Positions 53,281 through 55,617 of a DNA stretch of 55,617 nucleotides are shown here, piece by piece (within the stretch, counting starts at the first letter, position 1; each line of letters starts with the position of its first letter). Source of the DNA: an uncultured Syntrophus sp. (GTDB lineage: Bacteria > Desulfobacterota > Syntrophia > Syntrophales > UBA5619); the NCBI GenBank assembly GCA_964540555.1, contig CAZINF010000003.1, positions 1 to 55,617 on the forward strand. Reading direction: 5' to 3'. A program made the position numbers and the translations under genes. The notes beneath the pieces were generated by a model that saw only the letters and a list, made by a program, of their open reading frames with translations, did no database searches and was not told the origin of the DNA.

Positions 53281-54462
53281 TTGGAATGCCCGCGCAGGTC
53301 TACCTGGACTACCAATCGTCGAAGCCTGTCTGATCCCCGAGTAGTCGACGCGATGCGCCCCTGGTTTACCGAGCGCTTCGGCAACCCCAGTTCGCTGCAC
53401 CTCGACGGCGACGAGGCCACTGACGCCCTCGAGAGGTCCCGTGATAGGGTTGCGCAGTTCATCGGCGCGACCAAGGACGAGATCATCTTCACATCGGGTG
53501 CGACCGAGTCGAACAACCTTGCCATTATCGGATACGTCACACGCAACCGCAGGCGAGGCGACCATGTCGTCATCGCGGAAAGCGAGCACATCTCGGTCCA
53601 CAACATCGCCAAGGCAATAGAAAAACAGGGCTTCAAGGTCAGTAAGGTGGGGGTTGACCAGTATGGCCGGGTAAGCGTCGAGAAACTCCGAAAGAAGATC
53701 ATCGACACGACAATCCTCGTGAGCATCGGCTGGGCGAGCAGCGAGATCGGCACCGTCCAGCCCATGCAGGAGATCGCCGATGTGCTGCACGGCAAGGGCA
53801 TCGCGCTGCACAGCGACGCGGTTGCGGCCGAGGGGCTCGTGCTTATCGACGTGAGCAAAGTCGCTGTCGACCTGCTGACTCTCTCCGCCAACGACCTCTA
53901 TGGCCCCAAGGGCCTGGGCGCACTCTACATCAGGAAGAACGTGAACATCGCGCCGATTATGCCGGGCGGCGGCCAGGAGAAAGGTTTGCGATCCGGTAGC
54001 GAAGCCATGCCCGCCATCGTGGGCATGGCGGCCGCAGCGGACATCATGGCCTCCGAGATGCCGGCGGAGGCGCCCAGGCTCGCGCAGTACCGCGACCGGC
54101 TCATCGAGGGGGTGCTCGGCCGGATTCCCAAGTCGTATCTCAACGGACACCCCCGGGAGAGGCTCCCCAGCAATGCGCACTTTCGGTTCGATGCCATCGA
54201 GGGCGAGTCGTTGCTGCTGTCCCTGAAGGACAAGGGCATCGCCGCCTCGACAGGCTCCGCCTGCTCGTCGAAGACCCTCGAGCCCTCGCACACGCTCATC
54301 TCCTGCGGGCTGCTCCACGAGGAGGCGCACGGCTCGCTGGAGTTCACCTTCGGCAGGTGGAGCAGGCCCACCGACGTGGACCGCGTGCTTGAGGTCCTGC
54401 CAGGCATCGTCGAGAGGTTGCGCAGTCTATCACCACTCTACGAGAAAGAGGTAAAGGCATGA
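53281..54462 (+). CDS. iscS: NifS/IscS-type class V aminotransferase-fold protein lacking the PLP-binding lysine; 5' end frameshifted
   Basis: It has GATESNNLAI, SEH, HSDA and the persulfide-loop GSACSS. The SxHK motif reads SAND (53884-53895). The SD-preceded ATG at 53286 gives MPAQVYLDYQSSKPV then TGA (53331). The long ORF continues in the +1 frame with DPRVVDAM. Confidence 0.8.
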   Translation: MECPRRSTWTTNRRSLSDPRVVDAMRPWFTERFGNPSSLHLDGDEATDALERSRDRVAQFIGATKDEIIFTSGATESNNLAIIGYVTRNRRRGDHVVIAESEHISVHNIAKAIEKQGFKVSKVGVDQYGRVSVEKLRKKIIDTTILVSIGWASSEIGTVQPMQEIADVLHGKGIALHSDAVAAEGLVLIDVSKVAVDLLTLSANDLYGPKGLGALYIRKNVNIAPIMPGGGQEKGLRSGSEAMPAIVGMAAAADIMASEMPAEAPRLAQYRDRLIEGVLGRIPKSYLNGHPRERLPSNAHFRFDAIEGESLLLSLKDKGIAASTGSACSSKTLEPSHTLISCGLLHEEAHGSLEFTFGRWSRPTDVDRVLEVLPGIVERLRSLSPLYEKEVKA

Positions 54463-55268
54463 AGTCGACCAGCTACAGCGAGAAGACGCTCGACCACTTC
54501 CGCAACCCACGCAATGTGGGCACCCTTGAAGGCCCTGACGTGGCCGTAGGCAAGGTGGGCAACCCCGTCTGCGGCGACCTGATGTATATGTACATCCGCG
54601 TCGGCGATAACCGTATCGCGGACATCAAGTTCCAGACATTCGGCTGCGGTTCGGCCGTCGCCACGTCGAGCATGACGACCGAGCTTGTGAAGGGGATGAC
54701 CCTCGACGAAGCGATGAAGGTCACCCGCGGTGACGTCGCCGACGCCCTGGAAGGTCTGCCGCCGATCAAGATGCACTGCTCCAACCTGGCCGCGGATGCG
54801 CTCCACAACGCCATCCAGTCGTGGCGTGAGGGCCGCCGCGGGGAAACGCCGGAGTCCCCCAAGGCCGGCGAATTCCGCACCTCCTGCGGGTTGCCCGTGA
54901 CCAAACCACCCGCCATCGAAGGTGCAGAAGCGCTGCTCGGCAAGGGCGTCTACCGTAGGGTCGAGGATCCAGGGGCGTTTGTCGACAAGAGGGTCCTGAT
55001 CGTCGACAGGGGCAAACCCTCCGTCGATGTGGCGCTCGATCTGACCAAGCACACGGGCAGGGTGATCTTCATCTCCTCGACCAAAGAGCCCTCTTCCAAG
55101 GACGACCCGCGCGCTCCGCTCAAGCGGTCGGACGTGAAGGTCATCTACGAGGCCGAGCCCATCGCCGTCCTGGGTGAGGGTGAGGTAGAGAAGGTCCGTG
55201 TGCATGATATTAACGAAAACGAGGAGTACGAGCTGTTTATCGACGCTGTTGTGATACTCAGTCTCTAA
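54459..55268 (+). CDS. iscU: IscU/NifU-N-type Fe-S scaffold fused to a degenerate thioredoxin-reductase-like (pyridine-nucleotide oxidoreductase NAD-domain-like) C-terminal segment
   Basis: The IscU ligands are present (GNPVCGD, FGCGSAVATSS, MHCSNLAADAL). The C-terminal ~120 aa (GKGVYRRVEDPGAFVDKRVLIVDRGKPSVDVALDLTKHTGRVIFI...VEKVRVHDINENEEYELFIDAVVI) align in pattern with the TrxB NADPH domain but lack its CxxC and GxGxxA. Confidence 0.7.
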   Translation: MKSTSYSEKTLDHFRNPRNVGTLEGPDVAVGKVGNPVCGDLMYMYIRVGDNRIADIKFQTFGCGSAVATSSMTTELVKGMTLDEAMKVTRGDVADALEGLPPIKMHCSNLAADALHNAIQSWREGRRGETPESPKAGEFRTSCGLPVTKPPAIEGAEALLGKGVYRRVEDPGAFVDKRVLIVDRGKPSVDVALDLTKHTGRVIFISSTKEPSSKDDPRAPLKRSDVKVIYEAEPIAVLGEGEVEKVRVHDINENEEYELFIDAVVILSL

Positions 55269-55342
55269 CCAGCCACTAGAGCCGATTCCCTGACGTACAA
55301 GGCTCAGCGGCGAAACCGTGAGGTATCAATAAAAAAAGGAGG

Positions 55343-55600
55343 ATGGAAATGAAGAAATTTACAATGGTATTGGTCTTTGTCGGAGTCATGGTTTTTGGGA
55401 TTAGTACAGCTATGGGTATGCATCATGCAATTAAAATTCAAGAAAAGGAGGGAATAGGAAAATATCTTACCGATACTGAAGGGAAAGCCTTATACTGGTT
55501 TAAAAAAGATTCTCCTGGGAAAAGCGCTTGTACTGGCCCTTGTTTAGAAAAATGGCCCATATATCCCATCTTTACCACTTTAATTGCCAAGCATAGGTAA
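55343..55600 (+). CDS. Small exported protein of the COG4315-like 'secreted repeat' type (possibly truncated)
   Basis: It has a signal peptide, then LTDTEGKALYWFKKDSPGKSACTGPCLEKWP. This is the Y-x-F-x-x-D plus C-x-x-x-C-x-x-x-WP pattern. The ORF ends shortly after the motif, near the window edge, in low-GC sequence. Confidence 0.5.
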   Translation: MEMKKFTMVLVFVGVMVFGISTAMGMHHAIKIQEKEGIGKYLTDTEGKALYWFKKDSPGKSACTGPCLEKWPIYPIFTTLIAKHR

Positions 55601-55617
55601 TCATTCATTTTGCAAAA

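Overview
This is a 55.6-kb high-GC bacterial chromosomal window. Spot counts give about 60% GC in most genes and about 40-50% in several patches. The gene content suggests an anaerobic deltaproteobacterium-like organism: tungsten aldehyde:ferredoxin oxidoreductase, desulfoferrodoxin, corrinoid methyltransferases, TTT transporters, PilZ and a MASE-type sensor kinase. That taxonomy is inference only. I call 55 protein-coding genes, one clearly frameshifted toxin pseudogene, and a set of hairpins and promoter-like motifs. I saw no rRNA, tRNA, CRISPR array, transposase or integrase. Layout: (1) 1-10.5 kb, minus strand: tctB and the start of tctA, then two paralogous methyltransferase::corrinoid fusion genes bracketing an Opp/Dpp-type ABC importer. 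(2) 10.6-15.4 kb, minus strand, lower GC: Yip1, a 5'-truncated htpX, a Cys-type alpha/beta hydrolase, an exported protein, a flavoprotein and a SagB-like nitroreductase. (3) 15.6-17.5 kb: MATE and PilZ. (4) 17.5-26.4 kb: a uronate-type catabolic cluster (GH88, SDR, TIM-barrel isomerase, OYE, tctCBA, Gfo/Idh/MocA) with two copies of a shared promoter/operator block. (5) 26.7-30.6 kb: three type II TA loci (hicBA, relBE, phd plus a frameshifted parE) flanking a glucuronokinase-like GHMP kinase and GalU pair. (6) 30.9-37.4 kb: a CoA-transferase/crotonase/FAH/Zn-ADH operon facing AOR. (7) 37.8-45 kb: an exported SAM-MTase, a PIN-like gene next to a 1160-aa fused nuclease-motif/N6-adenine MTase, and an APH-like kinase plus HAD hydrolase. 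(8) 45.5-52 kb: a MASE3-like histidine kinase, two response regulators, a GT5 glycogen synthase, Usp and CBM48. (9) 52.2-55.3 kb: dfx, tusA, a dsrE-like gene, iscS (Lys->Asp and frameshifted) and an iscU::TrxR-relic fusion. The best candidates for something undescribed are three: the MT-ABC-MT module with its 749-bp perfectly identical core, the cluster combining a PLP-lysine-less IscS with an IscU fusion and sulfur-relay genes, and the fused RM-like enzyme with a PIN-like partner close to the TA-dense patch. All homology statements come from reading the translations by eye; no searches were run.
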